Assembly (NCBI GenBank): GCA_009698445.1
Contig: WLQG01000002.1
Location: forward strand, 7,488-71,487
DNA length: 64,000 bases
Reading direction: 5' to 3'
Origin: Actinomycetota bacterium
Lineage (GTDB): Bacteria; Actinomycetota; Actinomycetes; Nanopelagicales; Nanopelagicaceae
Shown: positions 30,669 to 39,330 of the stretch, piece after piece
How positions within the stretch are numbered: the first letter of the stretch is position 1
Layout of the letters: each line of letters begins with the position of its first letter
Program-made: the position numbers and the translations under genes
The notes under the pieces: model-generated
Told to the model about the DNA's origin: nothing
The model's database searches: none
What the model saw: only the letters and a program-made list of their open reading frames with translations

Positions 30669-31466
30669 ATGTTCCTTGATTCCTTAATAGCCATCTTCTT
30701 CTTTCTGGTTGGCCTAGAAATTAAGAACGGTATCAAGGATTTCAAAACAGCAGTCGTTCCAATCATTGCAGCTTTAGGAGGCATGATTTTTCCGGCTGGT
30801 ATTTATCTACTTATTAACCCGGGCTCGCATGTTTGGGCTTCATCTATGCCCACAGATATTGCACTAGCCTTGGGAGTTCTTTCATTACTAGGTAAGCGCG
30901 TCAACCCACATGTGCGCTTATTTCTCTTAACCCTTGCAATAGCCGATGATCTCTTTTCTCTCATAGTTTTGGGGATCTTCTACGGCAATGATCTTGAACC
31001 AATCAAAGCCTTAACAACCTTAGGTGCTGCAGCAATAGGGTTCATTCTTCCTCTGCGCAGTCATATTTTGCACAAGATTATTAAAGTTCTCACTCCCGTA
31101 TCAACATTCTTTATTGTGCCAGTAATTGTTGTTGTAAACATTCCACTGGATATAAAAATTGAAGCTTTCACTTCTAAGACAACAATCGCGATTATCATTG
31201 CACGATCTGTTGGCAAGATTATTGGTATTACTTTATTTGCATGGTTAGTTTTGCGCTTAGGCGGTCATTCAAAAATTGGAATCAAAGAGATTATGGGCAT
31301 AGCAACATTAGCCGGAATGGGTTTAACTGTAGCCCTGGTTATTGCAAATATCGCTGCACGTTCTGAAGCAGAGCTAAATCAAGTAAGGCTCGGACTCTTT
31401 ATTTCAGCAATACTCTCAGGCTTAGCTGGTTACATCTGGCTTAGAAGGACTCCTGCACAGATATAG
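30669..31466 (+). CDS. nhaA: Na+/H+ antiporter NhaA, shortened (265 aa)
   Basis: FFFLVGLEIK, AALGGM..PA, PTDIA, AIADDL, GKIIG, G.G.T motifs. Confidence 0.85.
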   Translation: MFLDSLIAIFFFLVGLEIKNGIKDFKTAVVPIIAALGGMIFPAGIYLLINPGSHVWASSMPTDIALALGVLSLLGKRVNPHVRLFLLTLAIADDLFSLIVLGIFYGNDLEPIKALTTLGAAAIGFILPLRSHILHKIIKVLTPVSTFFIVPVIVVVNIPLDIKIEAFTSKTTIAIIIARSVGKIIGITLFAWLVLRLGGHSKIGIKEIMGIATLAGMGLTVALVIANIAARSEAELNQVRLGLFISAILSGLAGYIWLRRTPAQI

Positions 31467-32862
31467 ATTTTCTCGACAAGAGAATGTGTCCAACAAATCC
31501 AATAGCAAGAGCGGCGATAACTCCAATATTTGCATAAGCCCAAGGGCCTTGCTTGCCACCGATAAGAAACAGTAAATATCCCTGCCACGACAGCCAAGAC
31601 GCAAATGTATTAGTAACTAATCCCCAACCAATAATTGACCCCACCAGCATTAACCCCAATGAAGTTCTATTCCATGCCCCATATCGGCCTTGTGGGTTGT
31701 AAAGATCTCCTTCTGCATAAGGCCCTTTACGCATAATGACATCGGCAACAAAGATTGCAGACCACACTGCAACCGGTACACCAAGTGTGATTAAAAATCC
31801 TTGGAATGGAAAGAAGAAATTATCGGCAAACCACACAATATAAATTGTTCCCGCCAACATTATGCAGGCATCTATCGATGCAGCAATGTGTCGCTTTACT
31901 GGAAGACCGATTGAAACCAAAGTTAACCCTGATGAATAAAGATCAAGGATGGCTCCCCCAACTAAACCGAGTACGGCGACCAAAGCGAAGGGAATCAGGT
32001 ACCACGTAGGAAGCAATGTTGTTAGTGCGCCAATGGGATCCATCGCAATTGCATCACTCAACTCTTTACTACTTCCAGCTAGCGCGCAGCCATAGATAAC
32101 TAAAACAATAGGAACGATTGAAGCTCCTAGCGTTGTCCAGGCAACGACCGCTTTGCTTGAAACTGTTCGGGGCAAATAGCGAGAATAATCGGCTGCTGAA
32201 TTGACCCAACCCAAACCAATTCCAGTGATTCCAAAGATGAGTGCGCCGATAAAGCCTTGAGTCGATCCATCCTTTATTGAACTTACTATTGACCAATTAA
32301 CGCTATCGAGAGTGAGCGCAATATAGATAACTGTCATGAATATGGTGACAAGGGTGAGCCATTTTTGAATCTTCATTATCGTTGCAAAGCCAAGTACTCC
32401 CCCGAAAACAGTCAGAGAGACTGCGACGACGAATCCGATGATGAGGGAAAGATTGTGATTGATGTGACCAAGGCGCGCAAAGACCGTTCCCGTGGCCAGA
32501 GTTGCCAGTGAAACTAAGACTGTTTCCCAACCAACAAAAATTAAGTAAGACAGAGTGCCAGGCACAATGTTTCCCTTAACACCAAAAGCGGCGCGAGATA
32601 AAATCATTGTTGGAGCATTCGATTTCTTTCCCGCTAGTGAACTCATTCCGACTACAAGGAAAGATAAAATTGTTCCAATTATTGCCGCAAAGGTTGCTTG
32701 CTTAAAAGATATTCCAAAACCTAAGAAAAATGAACCGTATGAGAGGGCCAGAAGTGAAACATTTGCTCCGCACCAAGGCCAGAAGAGCGATTTAGCTGAA
32801 CCACTTCGCTCTGACTCTTGAATCAGATTGGGACCATTGAGCTCTAATTCAAAAATTGGCAT
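31441..32862 (-). CDS. NCS1 purine/cytosine permease family transporter
   Basis: LFWPW.GAN, SRAAFG, GWE, AADYSRY, YSSGL. Confidence 0.9.
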   Translation of the reverse strand: MPIFELELNGPNLIQESERSGSAKSLFWPWCGANVSLLALSYGSFFLGFGISFKQATFAAIIGTILSFLVVGMSSLAGKKSNAPTMILSRAAFGVKGNIVPGTLSYLIFVGWETVLVSLATLATGTVFARLGHINHNLSLIIGFVVAVSLTVFGGVLGFATIMKIQKWLTLVTIFMTVIYIALTLDSVNWSIVSSIKDGSTQGFIGALIFGITGIGLGWVNSAADYSRYLPRTVSSKAVVAWTTLGASIVPIVLVIYGCALAGSSKELSDAIAMDPIGALTTLLPTWYLIPFALVAVLGLVGGAILDLYSSGLTLVSIGLPVKRHIAASIDACIMLAGTIYIVWFADNFFFPFQGFLITLGVPVAVWSAIFVADVIMRKGPYAEGDLYNPQGRYGAWNRTSLGLMLVGSIIGWGLVTNTFASWLSWQGYLLFLIGGKQGPWAYANIGVIAALAIGFVGHILLSRKSISVQESF

Positions 32863-32871
32863 CCGGTAATC

Positions 32872-33390
32872 CTACTTCTTGCGCCGCCTGACAAGGACGA
32901 ATGCAAGGCCAATAATTAGTACCGCGCCAACTGCTGTGACCAGTACATTGCGACCGCCTTCTTCGCTGATACCGGCATCTGCTTCGGCGCTTTCTTCACT
33001 TTGAGCACTTGTGAGCATTGGGGTTTCACCCACGGTAAAACTGTAGTCGCCCTCAACTGGGTGACCATCTTCGGAAACAATTCGATAATGCACCGAAACT
33101 AATCCAGTTACATCAGGTGAAATCAATTTCGTGGAAATCTTGGTTCCATCCACGGTTGATGTTGGCTGCGAAATTACCGCTCCTTGATCATTAGTAACCG
33201 TTACCGAATTTACTGTGGTATTCCCTAAAGTTTGCAGTTTACCGTCAAATTCAATGGAAACTTCCGTAGGTGCCGCAATAACCTTTGAATCTGCAGCTGG
33301 AATCGCTTGGGTGATTTCTCCATGGGCGGATGCATTAATAGGAGAAGCAATAAGAATTACAGCGCATAAGGTGAACAGCTTTTTTATCAT
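32872..33390 (-). CDS. copC: Copper-binding protein CopC with C-terminal membrane anchor
   Basis: Signal peptide ending ASA-H (mature His1), VSEDGHP motif, C-terminal TM helix plus RRRKK. Confidence 0.88.
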   Translation of the reverse strand: MIKKLFTLCAVILIASPINASAHGEITQAIPAADSKVIAAPTEVSIEFDGKLQTLGNTTVNSVTVTNDQGAVISQPTSTVDGTKISTKLISPDVTGLVSVHYRIVSEDGHPVEGDYSFTVGETPMLTSAQSEESAEADAGISEEGGRNVLVTAVGAVLIIGLAFVLVRRRKK

Positions 33391-33399
33391 GAACTTATC

Positions 33400-34230
33400 T
33401 TAGTCAAGAAAGAAGTCGAGCAGGAAGTCCTTAGTGCCTGGAGTTACTGAATACTTTTCAAGATCAGTGATGCCTTCAGAAGCTAAAACCTCATCATCAA
33501 CGAAGAAGTTTCCTGTGCATGCTGTTGCTGGGCGATTAAAAATGACATATGCAGCATCTGCCAAGATCTGCGGAGTACGACCTGCTGTTGCATCAATTCC
33601 GGGAATCATTTGAAGAGCTGCAGTATCAATGACCGTTCGTGGCCATAGGGCATTAACCCCAATACCGTCGCGCTTAAACTCTTCGGCCATTCCCAAAACA
33701 CACATACTCATGCCGTATTTAGCCATTGTGTACGCAACATGATTTTTAAACCACACAGGCTTCATAGATAGTGGTGGTGACAAGTTCAAAATATGAGGGT
33801 TGCCTCCATCGGCGGCAGATTTGCGCAAATGAGGGAGCGCAGCTTGCGAAGTTAAGAAAGTGCCTCGGACGTTGACGTCAAACATCAAATCAAATCGCTT
33901 AGCTGGCGTTGCATCTGTGCGAGTCAAATTAATCGCACTGGCATTGTTAACCAGAATATCTATTCCACCAAATGCTTCCGCGGCTTGATTCACTGCCGCC
34001 TCAATCTGCAATTCATCCCGCAAATCACATTGAATGGCAAGTGCTTTGCCACCTGCCGCTTCTATCTCTGCTGCGGCGGTATGGATAGTGCCTGGCAATT
34101 TTAGATTGGGTTCTGATGTTTTGGCTGCAATAGCCACTGATGCGCCATCGGCAGCTGCACGCAATGCAATTGCTAGCCCAATACCGCGAGATCCTCCAGT
34201 AATAAATATTCGCTTTCCTGCAAGTGTCAT
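33400..34230 (-). CDS. Short-chain dehydrogenase, HSDL2-like
   Basis: TGGSRGIG, AAKT.EP..KLPGTI, NNASAI, YTMAK, NALWP. Confidence 0.9.
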   Translation of the reverse strand: MTLAGKRIFITGGSRGIGLAIALRAAADGASVAIAAKTSEPNLKLPGTIHTAAAEIEAAGGKALAIQCDLRDELQIEAAVNQAAEAFGGIDILVNNASAINLTRTDATPAKRFDLMFDVNVRGTFLTSQAALPHLRKSAADGGNPHILNLSPPLSMKPVWFKNHVAYTMAKYGMSMCVLGMAEEFKRDGIGVNALWPRTVIDTAALQMIPGIDATAGRTPQILADAAYVIFNRPATACTGNFFVDDEVLASEGITDLEKYSVTPGTKDFLLDFFLD

Positions 34231-34973
34231 GATTTCCCTTTCTTTGCCATGAACTTCATAAATGCTTCCATCGCTTCATCAGACTGTAATGCCATTGAAA
34301 AGATTTCAAACTCCGCTTTCATAACGGCTGAAACAGCTTCGTGATTACGAGCCTTGAGCAAGGCTTTGGTATTGATTATTGCTTGTGGTGGTTGTTCGGC
34401 AATATGTTGAGCAATCCTTATTGCCCCGGCCAAAGCATCTGCATCAATCTCGGCAATTAATCCCATGTCCAAGGCTGCATCTGCGCCAAATGATTCTCCG
34501 GTAAAGAAAATCTTTGCCGCTCTTTGATAACCAACTAACTGAGGAAAGAGAAAACTAGATCCGGCTTCTGGAACTAAACCAAGGGATGCAAATGGCATGG
34601 AAAAATTCGCAGAAGGCGCAGCCACGACAACATCACAATGCAAAAGCATTGTGGTTCCAACTCCAACCGCATTTCCTTTAACTGCGGCAATCAGCGGTTT
34701 TGGAAAGTTAAGTAGAGAAGCCAAGAACTGTGCTACATCTGATGAATCACTGGTTGGTGGATTGTCCATAAAATCTACGATGTCATTACCCGCAGTGAAA
34801 TGATCACCTTCACTTGTCAGAATCACCGCCCGGACGCCAAAGTCCCCCGCAGCATCATTGAGCCCCTTAGCTAAGCCCGCATACATAGCTCTGGTTAAAG
34901 CGTTCATCTTTGCGGGGCGATTAAAGGACAGCGTGAGGATTGAGCCTGCCTGACTGGTCACTATTTCATTCAT
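34227..34973 (-). CDS. Enoyl-CoA hydratase/isomerase (crotonase family)
   Basis: NRP.KMNAL, FTAGND, AVG.G.T.LLHCD, LGLVPEAGSS. Confidence 0.92.
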   Translation of the reverse strand: MNEIVTSQAGSILTLSFNRPAKMNALTRAMYAGLAKGLNDAAGDFGVRAVILTSEGDHFTAGNDIVDFMDNPPTSDSSDVAQFLASLLNFPKPLIAAVKGNAVGVGTTMLLHCDVVVAAPSANFSMPFASLGLVPEAGSSFLFPQLVGYQRAAKIFFTGESFGADAALDMGLIAEIDADALAGAIRIAQHIAEQPPQAIINTKALLKARNHEAVSAVMKAEFEIFSMALQSDEAMEAFMKFMAKKGKS

Positions 34974-35047
34974 CTGCTCATCTTAGTGTGGCTTTCCCTT
35001 GCAATAAAGGAGGATAATAGAGACACCGCGGAGAGGTGGCTGAGACG

Positions 35048-35368
35048 ATGGCACGAGATATAACTATTGCAATCCGAGAACTATCCCCTTTTGAACAGTT
35101 GGTTCTCAACCTTTTATGTGAAGGTAAATCTAATTCGGCGATAGCTTCTGAAACTGCGCACACTGAAAAAGTAATTGAAAATACGGTCAGCCGTAGTGCA
35201 CAAGTTTTTGGAATAAAGTCTGATAGCGATACAAATTTACGAGTTTTATTGGCCCTTGCATTTCGTACACATTACGGCGATAAAGCATTTGATTCATTAC
35301 ATGTTGAATGTGCCCACTTTGAAATTGGCCCAAATGGTGAATCGATGTGCAACCGCCACGTAGAATAG
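35048..35368 (+). CDS. Stand-alone LuxR-type HTH protein with C-terminal Cys/His tail
   Basis: LSPFE..VL.LLCEGKSN.AIA...TEK.IEN.VS...N.RV pattern, no receiver domain. ATG 35048 has an AGGTGG SD; GTG 35036 is an alternative start. Confidence 0.8.
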   Translation: MARDITIAIRELSPFEQLVLNLLCEGKSNSAIASETAHTEKVIENTVSRSAQVFGIKSDSDTNLRVLLALAFRTHYGDKAFDSLHVECAHFEIGPNGESMCNRHVE

Positions 35369-35394
35369 TTGTTGTTTAATCAATCACATTCACT

Positions 35395-35446
35395 GAGGGC
35401 TACCCCTCCACACATTTAACATCTCTCGCATCGAGTGCTGACCCTC
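35395..35446. promoter_or_regulatory. Two related 14-bp palindromic boxes (candidate operator sites)
   Basis: GAGGG-CTAC-CCCTC (35395-35408) and GAGTG-CTGA-CCCTC (35433-35446). Confidence 0.6.
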
Positions 35447-35532
35447 GTCCTTTTTAGATTCCCATCACCGTTGACAGAGTTAACTGTGTACTGCATCAAA
35501 ACACATGATGTCTAAAAGGGAGAGTAAGAAAA

Positions 35533-36111
35533 ATGAAACGTAGAACTTTTGACAAGCTGGTTTCTTCAGTTGGTTTGGGATTAGCCGCACTTCTTTTGAT
35601 CTTTGCCGGACTTCTCAATTTTGGCGCAGCTTTTGCCAATGATTCAGTTCAAAGTCAGTTAGCAAATCAAAATATTGCTTTTCCAGTTGAAGCAGGATTG
35701 TCTGGTGAGACTAAAGCTCAACTTACAAAGTGGGCTGGTAAGCAAGTAACTACCGGAGAAATGGCTCGCGATTATTCAGATCTATTCATTTTGGAACATA
35801 TGAATGCCGCAGCAACTGCCGTAATGGGAAAGCCTGCTACATATTCTGAAGTTTCAACTGCATACATGGCAGCTCAACGCGATGGTGTTACAACTCCAGA
35901 GCAGTTACAAAAAATTGCTGATCTGCGTGAAACCCTATTCCAGGGGAACACTTTGCGCGGAATGCTGCTTGAAGCATTTGCATTTGGAACTCTTGGTGTT
36001 ATTGCAGGGTACGCAGCGATTGCGGCTTTAGTCGGTGGAGTTCTTTTCCTCTTACTTGCACTTGCTGGGTTTAGAAATATTCGTCGCACTCCTGAGGATG
36101 CGACGATTTAA
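35533..36111 (+). CDS. Uncharacterised membrane protein with two terminal TM helices and an extracytoplasmic domain
   Basis: SD AAGGGAG, N- and C-terminal hydrophobic helices, motifs Y...FI.EH, TY.E, R.TLF.G.TLRG.LL.A.AF. Confidence 0.75.
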   Translation: MKRRTFDKLVSSVGLGLAALLLIFAGLLNFGAAFANDSVQSQLANQNIAFPVEAGLSGETKAQLTKWAGKQVTTGEMARDYSDLFILEHMNAAATAVMGKPATYSEVSTAYMAAQRDGVTTPEQLQKIADLRETLFQGNTLRGMLLEAFAFGTLGVIAGYAAIAALVGGVLFLLLALAGFRNIRRTPEDATI

Positions 36112-36135
36112 CCCTCAACTCTCCGTGAGGGGTTA

Positions 36136-36171
36136 GAAAAGGCCCCCTGGTTTACACCGGGGGGCCTTTTC
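36136..36171. terminator. Bidirectional intrinsic terminator
   Basis: GAAAAGGCCCCCTGG/CCGGGGGGCCTTTTC stem with A and T tracts, between convergent genes. Confidence 0.9.
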
Positions 36172-36191
36172 GCTTTCACTTCTCTATAGTT

Positions 36192-37289
36192 TTAGCGATC
36201 AAGCTTTCCAGTGATGAAATCTTCAACCTTGTCATGAGCTTGTTCATCGGTGTACTGAATAGGTGGAGTCTTCATAAAATAGCTTGACGGTGAAAGCAAC
36301 GCTCCACCAATCTTGCGATCGAGACCGATCTTTGCGCAACGTAGCGCATCGATAATTACACCAGCCGAGTTAGGTGAATCCCATACTTCCAACTTGTATT
36401 CCAAGTTAAGAGGTACATCGCCAAAAGCACGGCCTTCGAGGCGAACGTAGGCCCACTTGCGATCATCTAGCCATGGAATGTAATCAGAAGGTCCAATGTG
36501 AACATTCTTGGCACCAAGATCGTGCTCTAACTGTGATGTCACTGATCCTGTCTTTGAAATTTTCTTAGATTCGAGGCGATCACGCTCGAGCATGTTCTTG
36601 AAATCCATATTTCCACCAACGTTTAATTGGTAGGTGCGATCTAAGTGAACTCCGCGATCCTGGAACAACTTAGCCATGATGCGGTGAGTGATTGTTGCTC
36701 CGACCTGGCTCTTAATGTCATCACCAACGATTGGAAGTCCTGCATCAGCAAACTTCTTTTCCCATACTGGGTCAGAGGCAATAAATACTGGTAGCGCGTT
36801 AACAAAAGCACAACCTGCATCGATAGCACACTGTGCATAATATTTTGCGGCAACTTCTGATCCCACTGGCAAGTAGCAGATCACAACATCTACTTGCTCT
36901 TCCTTAAGCACTGCAACGACATCCACTGCTGGGGCATCGGATTCTTTAATTGTTTCGCGGTAATACTTACCGAGGCCATCGTTAGTAACTCCGCGCAATA
37001 CTGGAACACCAGTCTTTGCTACATCAGAGAATTTGATGGTGTTGTTTTCGCTGGCCCACATGGCATCAGCTAGATCAAGACCTACTTTTTTAGCATCCAC
37101 ATCAAAGGCAGCAACAAATTTGACGTTAGAGATGTGATACTCCCCAACAGTTGCGTGCATCAGACCTGGGATCTCTTGATTCAGGGCAGCATCCTTATAA
37201 TAAGTCACGCCTTGAACTAAGGAGTTGGCACAGTTTCCTACGCCAATTATTGCAACACGGATGTCGCCTTTACCGGTTGTTATGTTCAC
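36192..37289 (-). CDS. ino1: myo-inositol-1-phosphate synthase
   Basis: [46 protein letters not shown]. Confidence 0.97.
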   Translation of the reverse strand: MNITTGKGDIRVAIIGVGNCANSLVQGVTYYKDAALNQEIPGLMHATVGEYHISNVKFVAAFDVDAKKVGLDLADAMWASENNTIKFSDVAKTGVPVLRGVTNDGLGKYYRETIKESDAPAVDVVAVLKEEQVDVVICYLPVGSEVAAKYYAQCAIDAGCAFVNALPVFIASDPVWEKKFADAGLPIVGDDIKSQVGATITHRIMAKLFQDRGVHLDRTYQLNVGGNMDFKNMLERDRLESKKISKTGSVTSQLEHDLGAKNVHIGPSDYIPWLDDRKWAYVRLEGRAFGDVPLNLEYKLEVWDSPNSAGVIIDALRCAKIGLDRKIGGALLSPSSYFMKTPPIQYTDEQAHDKVEDFITGKLDR

Positions 37290-37290
37290 T

Positions 37291-37821
37291 CTATTTCCTC
37301 TCGGTTTTGATCATTTTTTCCAGCCAAGCAATCTCTCGATCAGCTGAGTCCAGTGAATGACGTCGCCACTCCTCTAGATACTTATCGATTCCAATCGGTG
37401 ACTTCTCGAGTTCACCGCGCAGAATCTCTGCTTTCTCCTTAAGGCGACGATGGCGTCCCTCAAGAATTCTTACTCTGTTCTTTGAAGATGTTGGAGAAAA
37501 AAATGCAAAACGGATTTCAAATCCTTCGTCTTCCCATGTTTCTGGGCTCACAGTCTCGGTTAGATTTTCAAATCGAATTTGACCTTTATCTGTGATGTCA
37601 TAAACGATTCGCGAGCGCCGTGAAGGCGAATCAACAACGGTCTCTTCGATTAATCCCGCTTCCATCATTCTGCGAAGCTGTGGGTAGAGAACTGAAAATG
37701 AGAGTGCACGGAATGGACCAAATATTGCCCCCATGCGCTTTCGAAGTTCATAGCCATGCAAAGGTGTTTGCGAGAGCAGGCCAAGGAGGGCGAATTCAAG
37801 AGATTCACTGCGTGAGCGCAT
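37291..37821 (-). CDS. PadR family transcriptional regulator
   Basis: LGLL...P.HGYELR, LYP.L.R, Y.IT.KG; conserved padR-ino1 pairing. Confidence 0.93.
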   Translation of the reverse strand: MRSRSESLEFALLGLLSQTPLHGYELRKRMGAIFGPFRALSFSVLYPQLRRMMEAGLIEETVVDSPSRRSRIVYDITDKGQIRFENLTETVSPETWEDEGFEIRFAFFSPTSSKNRVRILEGRHRRLKEKAEILRGELEKSPIGIDKYLEEWRRHSLDSADREIAWLEKMIKTERK

Positions 37822-37834
37822 CGCTGCCCCTTTC

Positions 37835-37858
37835 CTTACCTATCGGCTTACCTATCGG
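37835..37858. repeat. Perfect 12-bp tandem duplication in the padR leader
   Basis: CTTACCTATCGG repeated twice. Confidence 0.9.
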
Positions 37859-37861
37859 CGT

Positions 37862-37880
37862 ATGTATCTATTCGATATAT
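37862..37880. promoter_or_regulatory. Candidate PadR operator
   Basis: ATGTATC-N5-GATATAT near-palindrome just downstream of a minus-strand -10 (TAGATT, 37894-37889). Confidence 0.6.
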
Positions 37881-38060
37881 CAAGAGATAATCTATTGGGA
37901 TAGGTACTTAGGCGCAACCTGGACACGCCTCACGCTCATATTTCACCTGTAATAAGGGTGTGGCGTACGCCTCAGTACCCACGGGCTCAGTTCTACGCTG
38001 GGGCTAACGCTAACCACCTCTTGTGGCTGGCAACTCAGGAGATCTGAAAGGACGTCAGAA

Positions 38061-39320
38061 ATGTCGCTACTCTCATGGAAACTTCATGGAAACGGAAAGA
38101 CCCTCTCCCCGGGCGCAGTTGTTTCAACAGATGAACGCCTTACATGGCCCCGCACTATCGGTGTTGGCCTTCAACATATCGCTGCAATGTTTGGCGCTAC
38201 CTTCCTCGTTCCAATCATTACTGGATTTCCCCCAACAACCACACTTTTCTTCTCAGGAATCGGCACACTGCTATTCCTAGCCCTTACACAAAACAAAGTT
38301 CCTAGCTATCTAGGTTCATCTTTTGCTTTCCTAGCGCCAATTGCGGCAGCTAAGGCAAGTGGAGGTATGGCTACTGCTCTTGGTGGAGTGGTAGTTACAG
38401 GTTTGATCCTGGCTGCAGTTGGATTAATCGTTCGCCAAGCAGGAATTGGTTGGATTAACTGGCTCTTGCCACCTGTTGTAACCGGAACAATCGTTATGGT
38501 GATTGGTTTGAACTTGGCAGGAGCTGCAAAAAATAACTTTGTGGCTGGGCCAATGATCGGACTGATTACTTTAGCCTCGATTGCAATAATCGCCGCAGCC
38601 TCTCGCGGCTTCCTCAATCGCATCAGCATCTTTGCTGGTCTCGTAGTTGGTTATGTCGTTGCCCTTATTCAAGGTGATGTTAAGACAGAAACAATCACTG
38701 CAGCTAAATGGATTGCGATGCCTTCCTTTACTACACCAACATTTGATGCCAAAGCAATTGTTTTGTTCCTACCCGTAGTCCTTGTACTAATAGCTGAAAA
38801 CGTTGGACACGTTAAAGCTGTATCTGCAATGACTGGAAAGAACCTTGATGATCAAATGGGTACTGCTCTTATGGCCGATGGATTAGCTACAACATTGGCT
38901 GGCATTGGTGGAGGTTCAGGTACAACTACATATGCTGAAAACATCGGCGTTATGGCAGCTACTCGCGTTTATTCAACTGCGGCCTACTGGATCGCAGGTC
39001 TAGGCGCAATTGGTCTATCACTATCTCCAAAGTTTGGCGCAGTTCTTAGCGCTACGCCAGTAGGAGCACTTGGTGGCGTAGGCGTTGCACTGTTCGGAAT
39101 GATTGGCGTCTTAGGCGCTCGCATCTGGATCGAAGGAAGAGTTGATTTCTCTAACTCAACTAATTTAATCATCGCAGCATCTGCTTTGATTATCGGTATC
39201 TCAGATATGTCATGGACACGCGGAGATTACACATTCAGTGGAATCATCAATGCAACATTGGTAGCCATTGTTGGCTATCGCGTGCTCAGCTCAATTGCTT
39301 CATCTCGAGGTAATAACTAA
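38061..39320 (+). CDS. NCS2 uracil/xanthine permease
   Basis: QH..AMFGAT, PSYLGSSFAF, AENVGH, TTYAENIG signature. Confidence 0.95.
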   Translation: MSLLSWKLHGNGKTLSPGAVVSTDERLTWPRTIGVGLQHIAAMFGATFLVPIITGFPPTTTLFFSGIGTLLFLALTQNKVPSYLGSSFAFLAPIAAAKASGGMATALGGVVVTGLILAAVGLIVRQAGIGWINWLLPPVVTGTIVMVIGLNLAGAAKNNFVAGPMIGLITLASIAIIAAASRGFLNRISIFAGLVVGYVVALIQGDVKTETITAAKWIAMPSFTTPTFDAKAIVLFLPVVLVLIAENVGHVKAVSAMTGKNLDDQMGTALMADGLATTLAGIGGGSGTTTYAENIGVMAATRVYSTAAYWIAGLGAIGLSLSPKFGAVLSATPVGALGGVGVALFGMIGVLGARIWIEGRVDFSNSTNLIIAASALIIGISDMSWTRGDYTFSGIINATLVAIVGYRVLSSIASSRGNN

Positions 39321-39330
39321 TATCTAACCT

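Noticed and set aside
35448-35532. yybP-ykoY or fluoride riboswitch (AAAGGGAGAGTA; GGTGATGG on the minus strand)
   Set aside because: Only isolated words match, at the wrong position or strand, without the required pairings.
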